A DNA stretch of 44,605 bases from Atractiella rhizophila (taxonomy: Eukaryota), in contig MU271559.1 in NCBI GenBank assembly GCA_021432655.1, forward strand, positions 1-44,605, read 5' to 3'. The translations under genes were made by a program, and so were the position numbers. How positions within the stretch are numbered: the stretch's first letter is position 1; each line of letters begins with the position of its first letter. Under the pieces are notes generated by a model. That model had not been told where the DNA came from and did not search any database. It worked only from the letters and a program-made list of their open reading frames with translations. Positions 1-11,998 of the stretch are shown piece after piece.

Positions 1-484
1 CGTCTCTTGGTCCACCACGAACATACCATGAGCTTCACTTCTTCTGTGCCAACTGCGGTGACCCCTTCATTGATCCAAAATCACTCTTGGAAAAGTCTCG
101 GATTTCCCAGATCCCTGGCGTTCGTGAGGAAAATGGAGGAGAAAGAAAAGTGGAGGCAAAACCGTTCGTTGTTCGTAAAGGCCATCCTTACTGTCAGAGG
201 TGCAACGTGAACCTCTACCGACCTAAATGTGGAGGATGTGGAAAGGGTATTGAGGAAGACACAGTTGTGAAGGCTTTAGATAAGAGCTGGCATGAGGATT
301 GTTTTGTTTGTCATGTAGGTCTCTCGCAAACCTTTTACATCACAGTAAGCTGATTAGAGGGTAGATGTGCCGGAAACCGTTCCCAACATCGTCTTTCTTT
401 ACGCGGGATGATGGCCCAAAGAACGGTGGCAAGAAGGCTTACCACGAGGACTGTTATAAGATCAGGCTGAGGAGTGAAATGTGA
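1..484 (+). CDS. LIM-domain protein (paxillin/Pxl1-like), 3' part; 5' end lies outside the window
   Basis: Frame reads YHELHFFCANCGDPF...PYCQRC, then CGGCGKGI...KSWHEDCFVCH. After a GT-AG intron (315-364) it continues MCRKPF...AYHEDCY and stops at 482-484. These are tandem LIM zinc-binding patterns. Confidence 0.85.
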
Positions 485-764
485 ACACTACAATGTTGCG
501 CAAGATTTCTGTTGGTGTATTCGTCTGTGCATCAGTGTAGTGAAGTAAAGCAGGACGTTGCAATGTCTATGTTTGTACAACTTGTTCTTCAAACTAAAAA
601 CTGAATTGTCCTTGGTCTACAGTACACTCGTTGGTTAGATATTGAAAGAATGACGTCTGAGAAAACCGATTCACGAAACAGCTAACTTTTGAGAACTACT
701 GTTACTTGATATTCCAAGAAAAACTGTTAAGTCCATAGTTAAACTGCAAAGAAAGCCTTCAGGT

Positions 765-2134
765 TTAGACTCGGTCTAATGGAAGTGTTTCCTCTAGGGC
801 AGATTTATCTTCACGGACCGATTTATCATTGGGGATATATCTGAGTATCCGTCCTTCATCAGTTTGCAGGAAGAGGTGACAGATTGAAAACACATACCGT
901 GATGGATGGAAGTATCCGATGTACAGGACAGAAATGACCACTGGAGTGGTCTCGAACACCCATACTGTCACCAATGAACGATCAGGTTTCTTCGCCCCAA
1001 AAGCCTGGCCAGAAAACTTACAGAACCATTCGTGGTCGAGAATGTACCCGTTCCCTTCCTTATTGGCAGTGGCGAATTCGATGAGACGGAACACTGTCCG
1101 TAGCTGCAGTGCATCTATGAGTTCCACCTCGGCCAAGAAACCCGTACAGAAACACGAACCAAGATAGGGATTGAAGTCCACCAGAGCACGGGAACGAGTT
1201 TGAGAGCATTCGATTGAGGATTAACTGCCCTTGCGCGTCCAAGAAAGACTCGAGAAATGAGCAGAAAGCTTGAAAACGCGACGATCTGCGAGGTGATGAG
1301 CAAAAGAAACAAGATGAAAGTGCGAACATACCTGAATCACAAAGCCGCTAACGATGATTGCTTTCGCAATATTTGCTTTTGTCTCAGTGATATTGTCACC
1401 AGAATACAGAGATCCTCCTGAAGGGTGAATATAATCGCGGTCAGCACTCTCCACTTAGAATGGAGCATCGAAGAACGTACCGGCTGCTTGAATGAGAAAT
1501 GAAAAAACATCAAACGTGACAAATGTCCGCGTGACCCATTTTGGTCGCATTGGAGAAAAGCGAGCTTCCACGTAAAGGGTCAAGCGGCCATAGCTCATGT
1601 ATAGACTTGCAGCGAGAAGGGCGGGTCTAACGAATTTCAAGCATAAGTCATTCCGTGTGCCTTTGTGAAACAGATAATGAAAGACTGACGCGATAATGAT
1701 AAACACTTGTTGGAGTATAAAAAACGTTTGGTTGCTAATAAAGATGGTCAGTTATCGTTGGAATAAATGAGCAAGTGCAGGGCTGCTTACACGTCCGTTC
1801 TCTTCGCTGTGAGTTTGCGAAAGACATATCCCCCTATTTCTAAACCCACTCCAATAAGGAACGGCCACTGCAGAAAACATATTGGCATGATAGGCATTTA
1901 TTAGGAGGACACAAACCCAATAGTTATATGACCTCGAACGGATGGATTGCCATGAGTGGTAGAGGAAGCAGAAACCGAAAATCGCGGCTCCAACGATTGG
2001 TAGCACATGATTAGGGCTGGAAAATGTGAATTATTAGCAAAAGCACGCTTTCATTGAGAACATAGAGTAATTACTCACTTATAGTTGTAAAAGTCGTCGT
2101 TCTGGTTGGTATTATTATCGTTTGCGTTCGACAT
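765..2134 (-). CDS. RTA1-like 7-TM protein (Rta1/Rsb1 family), copy 1, multi-exon
   Basis: Start MSNAND...FYNY. Motifs PALLAASLYMSYGRL, SPMRPKWVTRTFVTFDVFSFLIQAAG, LRTVFRLIEF, ETTPV...FHPSRY. GT-AG introns. Confidence 0.9.
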
Positions 2135-2271
2135 TTTCAAGTTCAGATCCTGCTGGAAGTCGTAGAGCGTGTGAAATATTATATGGTAGATCGCTTCGTA
2201 AGAAGGAGGAGTGTTGGGGGTCCATAGCTGCTCCCAAGTACCCTTTTAAAGCTTTGGCCTTCAGGTTGCTC

Positions 2272-3191
2272 NNNNNNNNNNNNNNNNNNNNNNNNNNNNN
2301 NNNNNNNNNNNNNNNNNNNNNNNNNNNNNNNNNNNNNNNNNNNNNNNNNNNNNNNNNNNNNNNNNNNNNNNNNNNNNNNNNNNNNNNNNNNNNNNNNNNN
2401 NNNNNNNNNNNNNNNNNNNNNNNNNNNNNNNNNNNNNNNNNNNNNNNNNNNNNNNNNNNNNNNNNNNNNNNNNNNNNNNNNNNNNNNNNNNNNNNNNNNN
2501 NNNNNNNNNNNNNNNNNNNNNNNNNNNNNNNNNNNNNNNNNNNNNNNNNNNNNNNNNNNNNNNNNNNNNNNNNNNNNNNNNNNNNNNNNNNNNNNNNNNN
2601 NNNNNNNNNNNNNNNNNNNNNNNNNNNNNNNNNNNNNNNNNNNNNNNNNNNNNNNNNNNNNNNNNNNNNNNNNNNNNNNNNNNNNNNNNNNNNNNNNNNN
2701 NNNNNNNNNNNNNNNNNNNNNNNNNNNNNNNNNNNNNNNNNNNNNNNNNNNNNNNNNNNNNNNNNNNNNNNNNNNNNNNNNNNNNNNNNNNNNNNNNNNN
2801 NNNNNNNNNNNNNNNNNNNNNNNNNNNNNNNNNNNNNNNNNNNNNNNNNNNNNNNNNNNNNNNNNNNNNNNNNNNNNNNNNNNNNNNNNNNNNNNNNNNN
2901 NNNNNNNNNNNNNNNNNNNNNNNNNNNNNNNNNNNNNNNNNNNNNNNNNNNNNNNNNNNNNNNNNNNNNNNNNNNNNNNNNNNNNNNNNNNNNNNNNNNN
3001 NNNNNNNNNNNNNNNNNNNNNNNNNNNNNNNNNNNNNNNNNNNNNNNNNNNNNNNNNNNNNNNNNNNNNNNNNNNNNNNNNNNNNNNNNNNNNNNNNNNN
3101 NNNNNNNNNNNNNNNNNNNNNNNNNNNNNNNNNNNNNNNNNNNNNNNNNNNNNNNNNNNNNNNNNNNNNNNNNNNNNNNNNNNNNNNNNNN
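2272..3191. other. Assembly gap (N run)
   Basis: Run of N between the two RTA1 copies. Confidence 1.
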
Positions 3192-3238
3192 TATCCCTTT
3201 TGAGTCTTTCTACATAGAATCAACCAAATGCCTCTGAT

Positions 3239-4553
3239 TTAAACCTGTTGCATGGTTAAAGGATCCTCAATATGCTTCTCCCGAAGGGCCTTATCGTTCG
3301 GGATGTATCTATGTCCAGTTATTAGTCAAGCTTTTTGCACGATGGGCGAGAAAGAGCACCTTGAGGGGTGGAACCACCCAAGGTAGAAGACAGAGATAAG
3401 GATGGGGATGGTTTCGAGTACCCAAACTACAAGTACGATTCAGTTAACCATTCTCCAAATTAACATAAAAGTCGTACGAAAAACTTCGTGATCGAGAAGG
3501 TACCCTTCTCCGTTATCATTTGACGAGGCAAACTCGGCTAGACGGAAGATGGTCCTCACGAGAATGGGAATGGAGGTGAGCCAGAGGACGGGGACGAGTC
3601 TGATGGCGTGCGAATCAGGGATTCCGGCTTTTGCTCGTCGGTAGAAGATCAGGGAGATGACGAGAAAACAAGAGAAGGCTACGATCTGCAAGGAATGGAC
3701 GTGTGAGGAAAGCAGTTTCAATAAAGTCGGGAAATTTGCGAACCTGGATGATGAATCCCACCGTAATGATGGCCTTCGCGGTGTTTGCCTTGCTAGCGCT
3801 GATGTTATCACCGGCGTATAAAGATCCACCTGTACTCGACCATCGTCATGAGCTCCATGCACTTCCTTAACTGAAATAGAAGCTTAAGACGGACCAGCTC
3901 CTTGGATGAGGAAGGAAAACACATCAGCGGTGACGAAGGTGCGTGTGACCCATCTCGGACGGAGGGGAGAGAAGCGCTCTTCGACGAAGAGAGTCAAACG
4001 CCCATAGCTCATGTACAAGCTGGCGGCGAGGAGAGCAGGTCTGCAGAATCCTTCAGTCACTTGCTCAATCGAACAGGAGGAAAGGGTGCGAACGCAATGA
4101 CAACAAAGAGCTGTTGGATAATGAAATATCCCAATTTTCTGAATACTCGTCAGCACCATGTGTTGGAACGGGAATGGAAAGACACACTCATCGTCGTCCC
4201 GTGAGATTCTGCGAAAGATGTAGCCTACTACTTCGAGGATCAATCCGCCAATAAACGGCCACTGAAATACCTTTTTTCAGCGACGAAAGGTTGGGTCAGC
4301 AAGGAAAGACACTTACCATGTAATTGAAGGACTTCGAGCGCAATGCTTGCCAAAGATGGATGGCTAACGCCACCGCAAAAACGACAGCTGCAACAATGGG
4401 AAGGACTCCATTGACGCTGCACCGAGCCAGAGTTATCAGCTTCAGGGTTCGAAAGTGACGGAGGGAGTCATTGAAAACTCACTTGTAGTTGTACAAGCTG
4501 TCGTTCAAGTCGTCAGGAAGGCTCGTGGGTTGGGGAGTGCCAGTGCTCGACAT
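3239..4553 (-). CDS. RTA1-like 7-TM protein, copy 2 (tandem paralog)
   Basis: Start MSSTGTPQ...LYNY. Motifs PALLAASLYMSYGRL, SPLRPRWVTRTFVTADVFSFLIQGAG, LVRTIFRLAEF. Ends RYIPNDKALREKHIEDPLTMQQV*. Confidence 0.9.
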
Positions 4554-5267
4554 GCTGGAACTATCTGAAGTCGTAAATGAGAAGGAGGTGTTGAAGTCGT
4601 AGAAGGATTGACGAAAGTTGGGCACAAATGAGCTCTCCTTATAAATACCTGGTTCTCGCGAAAGGACACAATCCTGCGGTGAGCAAAGATCAACAAGCCG
4701 TTCCACCGGAACCACGCCAAGATTTACTGCGAAAGACAGTGGCACCAAACAATTGCTGAACAATCCTGATGTGAGATTTGGGAATATGATTCATGTTCCT
4801 GCTGGCGCAAATGCGCATTTAGGGTGCTCGTGGGTGGCTGTGGCACAAGAAATTGCAGGAGGGCTCGCGAGAAGTGGTGATGACATCACAACTAGTGTGG
4901 GTGGAAAGCACGGAGCTGTGGATCCTGGGAGGGTGCACCTTGCTGGCTCCAATCTGACCACAGCCAACAACGGTCCTTGGAGCAGAGGATGTACGATTGT
5001 TTGGATGCGTAGTGTCAACGGTGTCAAAACCGTGGTGTGGTTGGCTCTAGGTCTGTCCCCTTGCCGTGAGAGTTATCCGCAGAATGCCTCTCTTCCGTGC
5101 ACGTTCACACCTCTAAAGCCTCACAAGCCTCGCGGGTCTCACCAGTCTGGCAGGTTGCATTGGAGCTCAGCCAAGTGCGAGAAAATACATGGCGCCCAGA
5201 AGATACGCTGCAAAGGGACCGGCTATTTCGAAAGTTGAAAGAACGTCGGGAGTGGTCGAGCAAGATC

Positions 5268-5292
5268 NNNNNNNNNNNNNNNNNNNNNNNNN
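5268..5292. other. Assembly gap (25 N, true size probably larger)
   Basis: N run. The 5' exons of the downstream GH45-like gene are missing here. Confidence 0.95.
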
Positions 5293-5361
5293 TCCCCCAT
5301 TCATGTGTGCTTTTGTCTTGTCGTCTATCCCTCAGGCTCTCTAACTTTCGCTGTGGTACAG

Positions 5362-6104
5362 ACTTCCTGAAAGCTCTCGTCCTTCTGCAGTGTTCAAGAT
5401 CGTTGATGGTATCCTTGCATCTCTATCTTGGAACAACAAGCTAACAGACCTCCCCAGCTTGCCCTTCTCCGGATCTGTGCTTGGCGACCGAGAAGAAGCA
5501 AAACTCAGTACGCTGTTTCGTCTTTCTTGTCCCTTATTTCGAGCGCTGACTGCTGATTAAAACTACTACCGCTCTTTAGGTAGGAGAGACGACGCATTTC
5601 GACATCTTTTCTCCATCGCCAGCGATTCCCATCACTTGGTTTCCTTCTGACGAAGCAACATACCATTACACTGATTTTGGGACATGTTCGTTAATCCCTC
5701 TTCTCCCCGAGGAGTCAGCGCTAATATTCCACTTGAAGGGTATGCCGACTATGAATCTGTTTCTTGTACCGCATGGGGTGGTTATACCGACCCGGCAGCT
5801 CAAGGAACGTCGTCGACATTCCTCGACCCAAGCATAGGATGTTGCCCAGCCGATCCACTCACAGTACGCTCTCTCTACCTTCACATCCGAATCAGCATTG
5901 CTGACGTTCGGACAGGACAACCAAATTTGTCCTGTCCAAGCAACTTCTGAAGGAACGAGCGGAACCTCAGCCAACTTCCAGTTTACAGCGACATATTGGC
6001 TTCACGGGAATCTCAGTTCTCATGGCCTTCTGTTTCCTTGCGCAAGATTGGATTTAAATTATCTTTATTGTAATATTCGATACATTTTCGCAAGGAAGCT
6101 GTGA
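5362..6104 (+). CDS. GH45 (endoglucanase V-like) / double-psi beta-barrel protein, 5'-partial
   Basis: Exons 5362-5408, 5458-5507, 5580-5685, 5739-5863 and 5916 onward splice in frame to SAVFKIVDACPSPDLCLATEKKQNSVGETTHFDIFSPSPAIPITWFPSDEATYHYTDFGTWYADYESVSCTAWGG...GCCPADPLTDNQICP. The KIVDxCP and HFD motifs match basidiomycete GH45/EG45-like proteins. The C-terminal end is uncertain. Confidence 0.75.
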
Positions 6105-6476
6105 CCAGTTGATCCTCCAAGCTCCTCTGATAGCCATTGTACTTGAATCCCTCTTTTGGATACTGGTTGTTATCGCGCTTATCCACAAGGCGGTTCAGAC
6201 CTGACCCTACTGAGCAGTCTCATTCCTGGTTTGAAGTTCACAACATCTATTCTCAACCCATGCTAGCATACATGTTCAGGATGCCAATGCTTCCATTGTC
6301 ATCAAAGTTTGCCTTGGTCACCTTCCTGTCCTATTGTGGAAGTTGGGAGAAGCGACGAGACTTCATTTTAAACACACATGTTACAACCATTATGAAAACG
6401 AAGCTATCAAAGGAATGGAACACCCAAAAACGAAACAGACAAAGCAATTTACACCGCAGTAAACTCGACCAACTTA

Positions 6477-8206
6477 TTATTTCTTTTCATCTTTCGCATC
6501 TTCCTTTTGAACCTCTGCTTTCCTTTCGTTCCACTCCTTTTCCACCTCTTCCGCCCACTTCATACTCTCTTCCTCCGAAAAGGCCGCCTTCGACCCCTTA
6601 ATGTGGCCATCTGGCTCCTTCATTGCAAAGGGATTGAAAGTCGTTTGCCTTTTCAGATTAGCAAGAGTGTGGTTGACAAACTGAAACCGCGGCCGCATTC
6701 AGAATATCAAGCTGGGAAAGGTCAAAGTGAAATGCTCACGCGATGAGTTGCTTCATCTGCTCGAATGACATAAAGCACATCGACCATTTTGGCGTCTGGT
6801 CCTAGCCTCCAATAGTCTTTCGCAATGTTCGGAGCATCAAGGTTGGTCCATTCGGGCACTCTTCCAGCTTCCAGCTCCTGTCAACCATCGTAACCGTAAG
6901 TTTCAACGCTGAACGCCAAGAATTGCCCACATACCTCAATGGCGCATGAGTACGTGAAAACGGCTTCTTCTTCAAGTTTTCCCTATCATTCACATCAGCT
7001 TCAAAACGAAAGCAAAAAGCAAGTTGGAGTGACTCACCACAAAGCGATGGGCGATTCGTGGGGACAACATATAGGAGAGAAAGAACAAGTTGAAAAATAC
7101 GCTTAGTCGATCGATTCATGAGTTCCCCTATCTCTTAAAACAAAAGAGGAGCAGACCCTTGGGCTCCAAGCACAACGAGACGCTGTTTCAGGTCGTTAAG
7201 CTTCGTTCCGGCACGGAGGAGCAAAGATGCGTACAAAGAACCAACCGGGCTCTGAGATCTTCATGAATGTCATCAAGTGCATTCTTTCATTTTCAGCCTC
7301 CTCAAGCAATTCTACACTCCCGGTCAGTTCCGTTCCTCTGGCATTTTCAACAGGAAACTCACTATGGATCCATCCTCCATCCCGACGCATCAGTCTCAGC
7401 GAGCGCAAGTGTCTCAACATTGCTGCTACGAATCCTGGGACGCCAGCGATGGACTCCAAGAATAGGAAACGCATCATCCATTGATCTGTGACCATGTCAA
7501 CTTCATCCTACATGTTGCGTCAAGGCTGCTCACCAGGAGTCATGATGATGCCTCTCTTTCGTAATTCCTCTACTGACATGTTCTTCCCTGCTTCCCCAAG
7601 CTGCGCCACAGCCTCTGCTGGATTGGCGTGCTGAGACAGACCGGGATTTCTTGAGTTCATTCTCGAGCTCAAAGGAAAAGAGAGTATACCTTGTAACCAG
7701 TGACAATGTCGAAACCCTTTCGAAGGAGTTTGACGAGGTTGTGAGCTACCTTGTCGCCCATCTTCTCCGAGTCCCAACGAGCGACTTTGACAGCTTTGAC
7801 CTCCGCTTCTGAGTAGACGGGATGAAACATAACCTATTATCACCTCACTTCAGGAGTGTCCGTTCTGAGCATCGAGGAATGTACCCAATCTTCATGAGGA
7901 CGGGTGTGCGAGCTGGATTCGTCCCAAACATGTCGAGCCGGTTTGCCAGTTTTTTCGTCCTTCAGGGTATCTTGCGGTGTTGTATCTACGAAGTGACATT
8001 GAGACCCTTCGCTGCCATAAATCACGTCCCGGTTGCTTACCTTTGAAATGACGAGGCGTGTGAACGAGTTCTTCTTCCTTTTTCGTGCTGTAACATCTCT
8101 TTTGAGGAGGAACAATGTGTCTCGTTACAAGACCAGTCCTCAAGTGGAGGTTGGCAGCTCGAGGAAGTGCCTTAGACAGGCACGACGTTCGATATACCAG
8201 ACTCAT
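6477..8206 (-). CDS. AOX1: Mitochondrial alternative oxidase
   Basis: Arg-rich presequence ([17 protein letters not shown]...). Motifs [41 protein letters not shown] and [13 protein letters not shown] supply the di-iron ligands. Confidence 0.97.
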
Positions 8207-9222
8207 TCCTTCGAAGTTTTGATTGTTGATGAATGTATTCGCGTGTGATTGGATGGGCACTTCACTCTGATTACCAGCTTTTTATACCCCTCTCTCTGAC
8301 GAGTTTGCAGTTGTAGGGCACGGCTACCTGGGCGGACTAGGCAGGAGAAGCTGGTCGTAGTCGGAAGAAGTAGGACCTCGCTCTTAGCGATCCGCAGCGC
8401 GGGGAAGACGCAGGTCCGATGTCGAGAATTCACACCTTCAAGGTGCCAGTGGATGAAAAACGACGAATGTGGGAGGCTCTCCTTTTGTTTCTGGGGTTGA
8501 ACTGGCCCACACTGTTCTTCAAGAGGGTCATCGGTTGGACGAAGGGGACACCGACAAATTTCCTGCATCACGTGATCACCGTTTTTCGTTCTCCCTTGTT
8601 TCTGTGCGATGATCATCTGTCGCTCGAAATCCACACAGCTCCAGGCCGCCCAGGACCTCTCGGTCGGTCATATCATCTCAGCCGAGTCCTGACGCGTTGA
8701 CGAGCCTTTGCGGCTGCTTCGCGGTAGGTGCAGGATCTTGGATTATGAATAGGCAATCAGTTGTTGTATGGCATGTCCTTTATGTAAGCATTCTTCATCA
8801 AGCTCGAAACAGCTTGGAACCGCACGAGTTCCATTCAAATTGGGTTTCCACCTTAAAGCCTACACATTGTGTTGAGCATCAGTCAAAGAGGTGGAATAGA
8901 GTAGAGGAAGGAGTGTGTACACCATTGCAGCAATTATTTCCACACCTAATTGGCACAATGGCACAACAGCAACTGGGTAACCGAAACAAAAAGGAATCTC
9001 GAAACGAGGGACTGGGTATCTACTATCAATAACAAGAGTCCTTTGAGGTGGACGCACCGAATACGGCGCTGAACACGACGAATAGCCTAAACTAGGCGCA
9101 TTACATTTTGAATAAAAGGGTAACGAATTGGCAGGCAGGGTATCAGGGTACGACTGGGGTATCCATACTTCAGATCATAACAAAGCAAGAAACTCTCTCT
9201 CGACCTCTCATTGTTATCGTTC

Positions 9223-11998
9223 CTAGCCCTCACTCGGAGCGTGGTCAGGTCTAGAAGTAGTTCTTTGCCTCCTCAAACCAGAGGGAGGCAAGGTAGGAAG
9301 AGTTTTCGTCCTCGCGGGAATGGAACCGTGTCCCGAATCTGAAGCCGCACTTCTATTCGGAGAACCAAAGGGCGAATCGAGACTTCCGGAACCTCCGATC
9401 CTTCTCTCATCGTCGCTGAATCCCATCGCTTGCCTGTATTGCCACTCGTCCACTCCAAGAACTGTGTTCCTATGATTGTTCTCAGGACGTGGAGGGCCAA
9501 GGCGGCGGGAGAAGTAGTTAGTGCCGCTGTTGGGTTTGGCATTTGGAGGATAGTTCTGGTGGGTTGAATTGACCGTATTGATGGTTCGAGTTGAGTTGGA
9601 AGGAGAAGACGGAGGGGATGACGGAGTCGGAGTTGGGGCTGCGGAGGGGAGTTTTCGATAAGAGGATTGTTGATCGACCAACGTTTCTTGATACGATTTT
9701 CCTTCTTCTCGATAACTGCTGGGGCTGTGAGACGATTGAAGAAATGTCATAACGTTGACATGGACATTTCGAGGTTGATTGAGGAGGGATGACACGGGCA
9801 CAAACATAGAAGAGCACCAATCAGTCGATTTCCCCACGTCTGATAAGAAATGATCTCTGACAAGAGTCAACAACCCAAGACACCGCGAAGAAGAATCGAA
9901 AGAAGAAGGCCGACATGATGAGGTGAATGAAATTGGCAAAGTGAAATAAGAGAGGACGAGGGAAGAAAGGAGAAATAAGGGTACAGGTAGCTACGTAGCT
10001 AGAATATGAACGGATCCACTCCCTCCAACGAGACTGGGGTAGCATAAATTAAACAGGATGTTTTGGTATTCGTGTCGTTCGAGGGAGGAAGGGAAAAGTC
10101 GAATGCAACGGGACGAGGAAGAAGAAAAATGAAAGGGCTCGTCAAGGTTCTAATATATCCCAACAAGACGCTGAGGTTTTCTCTCTGGAACCCGCGCTTT
10201 GAGCCAATCCAGCAGCCATAAAAGCAAGAACGAACGAGACCGTTGATCGCAAGTGAACTCACCCTCGGGATTGAGGTGAGGGACTCCTTTCTGTTGATTG
10301 CACCTTCGAAGCCATCTCCGCCATCTGGATGGCGATACTTCGTCAGCAATGGTGACAGGATAATTCAGAGGGTAAGGACTAACTGGCTGATCCTCCAGCG
10401 GGACTAAAGAGTTAGAAGTTGCCGTCGACGTCGTCTGGAGCTCGTTTGTGTATTTGCTCGAAGACTGGGCGTCCAGATTGAACCACGACTTGCGTTGCAT
10501 CTTTGTGAAGTCGTAAAGATGGAAGCTGCAATTCAACAATTCATTAATGTCAGGAAACGAAAAAGACGCGGCACGGACTTTTGCTCCATTGATCGATAGT
10601 CAGCTGACAACTGATTGATGTCGAGGTTCGGGTTGCGCTTCTTCGCTTTGAGGGGATTATCTTCGAGCAAGAGTTCCTCAAGTTCGTGTGTTGCGTCAAA
10701 GTTAGCTTTCTTGGACTGTTGAATGGAAAAATCCGACCAAGTCCACCCGCTTAGCTACTCCGTTAAACGGCTATAGAAGAGGAGATACGTACATCAGGTT
10801 CGAAAGGGGGAACTATCTCCTTTCGTTCTAATGCGACCCAGTCGACTCCCTTGAACCATGGATGGCGTTTGAGGTTTGCCAGTCCGCCAGTTTGCCTCGT
10901 CCCCAGTCGCTTGTTGATGTCCCGCTCCAGGAACTGGGCGCAAACCCACACCGCTCGGTCAACCGTCTCAACACATCGAGATGTAAAATGAGAAACGTAC
11001 ACCTCGAATACATGATGCAGATTCCGGTGTGATCATCTCTCCGCCCGCCCCATCCCTTCCTACATCCTGTACATCTGCCATCTTCACTGACTCTTTAAGG
11101 ATCGAATGCGTCAGACTGCTGTTCGTCTTCCCTTGAATGGTCGTTTGCCGTACATGAGCTCGTATGCGAGGACACCGAGAGACCACCAATCAATGGTAGA
11201 AAAGTATCCACGCTTCGCGAGAATCTCGGGAGCTAAGTTCGCAAACCGCCTCGGTTGTCAGAATTTTGATGCTCAAGGGGAGGGTGAAGTGAAGGGAGGA
11301 CTGACCCATGTATGCCATACTTCCTGCAATAGATGTAAGCGGTTTTCGTTCGTTAAAATGAACAGCGATGTTGAAATCGGTCAAGTGGGCATGACCCCGT
11401 TCGTCAAGAAGAATGTTGTCCGGTTTGATATCCCTACACATTTCCCGTCAATTCTGGGTCTACAGCAGTAAAGGCGGTGCAGGGTGGGAGTGAACGAACC
11501 GGTGGACGATTCCCCGCTCGTGCAGGTAGTCCAAAGCCACGGCCAACTCCATGACATAGAACCTCACACGCTCCTGACTGAAGAGGCCCATCCTATCCAG
11601 ATGAAACCTCAAATCTCCTCCCAACATTAAATCCAAAACCATGAATAAATTCTCATCATCTTGAAAGGCATAACGCAAGTTGCAGACGAAAGGACAATCG
11701 ATCTCTTCTAACAGTCGGCGTTCTTGAATGATATTTTGAACTGCGTGTTGCTTCGCTATTCGAGCTTTATTGATGTACTTGAGAGCGTAGAGCTGTTTTG
11801 TCTGTTTGTGCTGAACCACTCGAACCTAGCGATCCATCCGGTACCCGTCACTCCACCGATCCCTTGGCTCCAAAAGCAAAAGAAGTGACATACCTTTCCG
11901 AAAGCACCTTTTCCTACTGACCGTAAGAGATAAAAGTGCCAAAGGTCGACGGGAGCGTCGAAATCGATTTCCTCCGGTCTACAACAGAGAGCACCCAT
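9223..11998 (-). CDS. AGC/YANK (STK32-like) Ser/Thr protein kinase
   Basis: MGALCC N-terminus (myristoylation/palmitoylation-like). Motifs [39 protein letters not shown] (YANK-type DFN), [24 protein letters not shown]. Low-complexity tail. Confidence 0.93.

Noticed and set aside
2122..3237. Long ORFs crossing N runs (also 33117-35665)
   Set aside because: Artefacts of translating N as X.
4753..5238. 161-codon ORF between RTA1 copy 2 and the gap
   Set aside because: Non-ATG start, no motifs, and it lies in a probable divergent promoter region.
8207..8700. CGG-N7-CGG AOX induction motif of Neurospora
   Set aside because: The CGG pairs I found have other spacings (e.g. N9).
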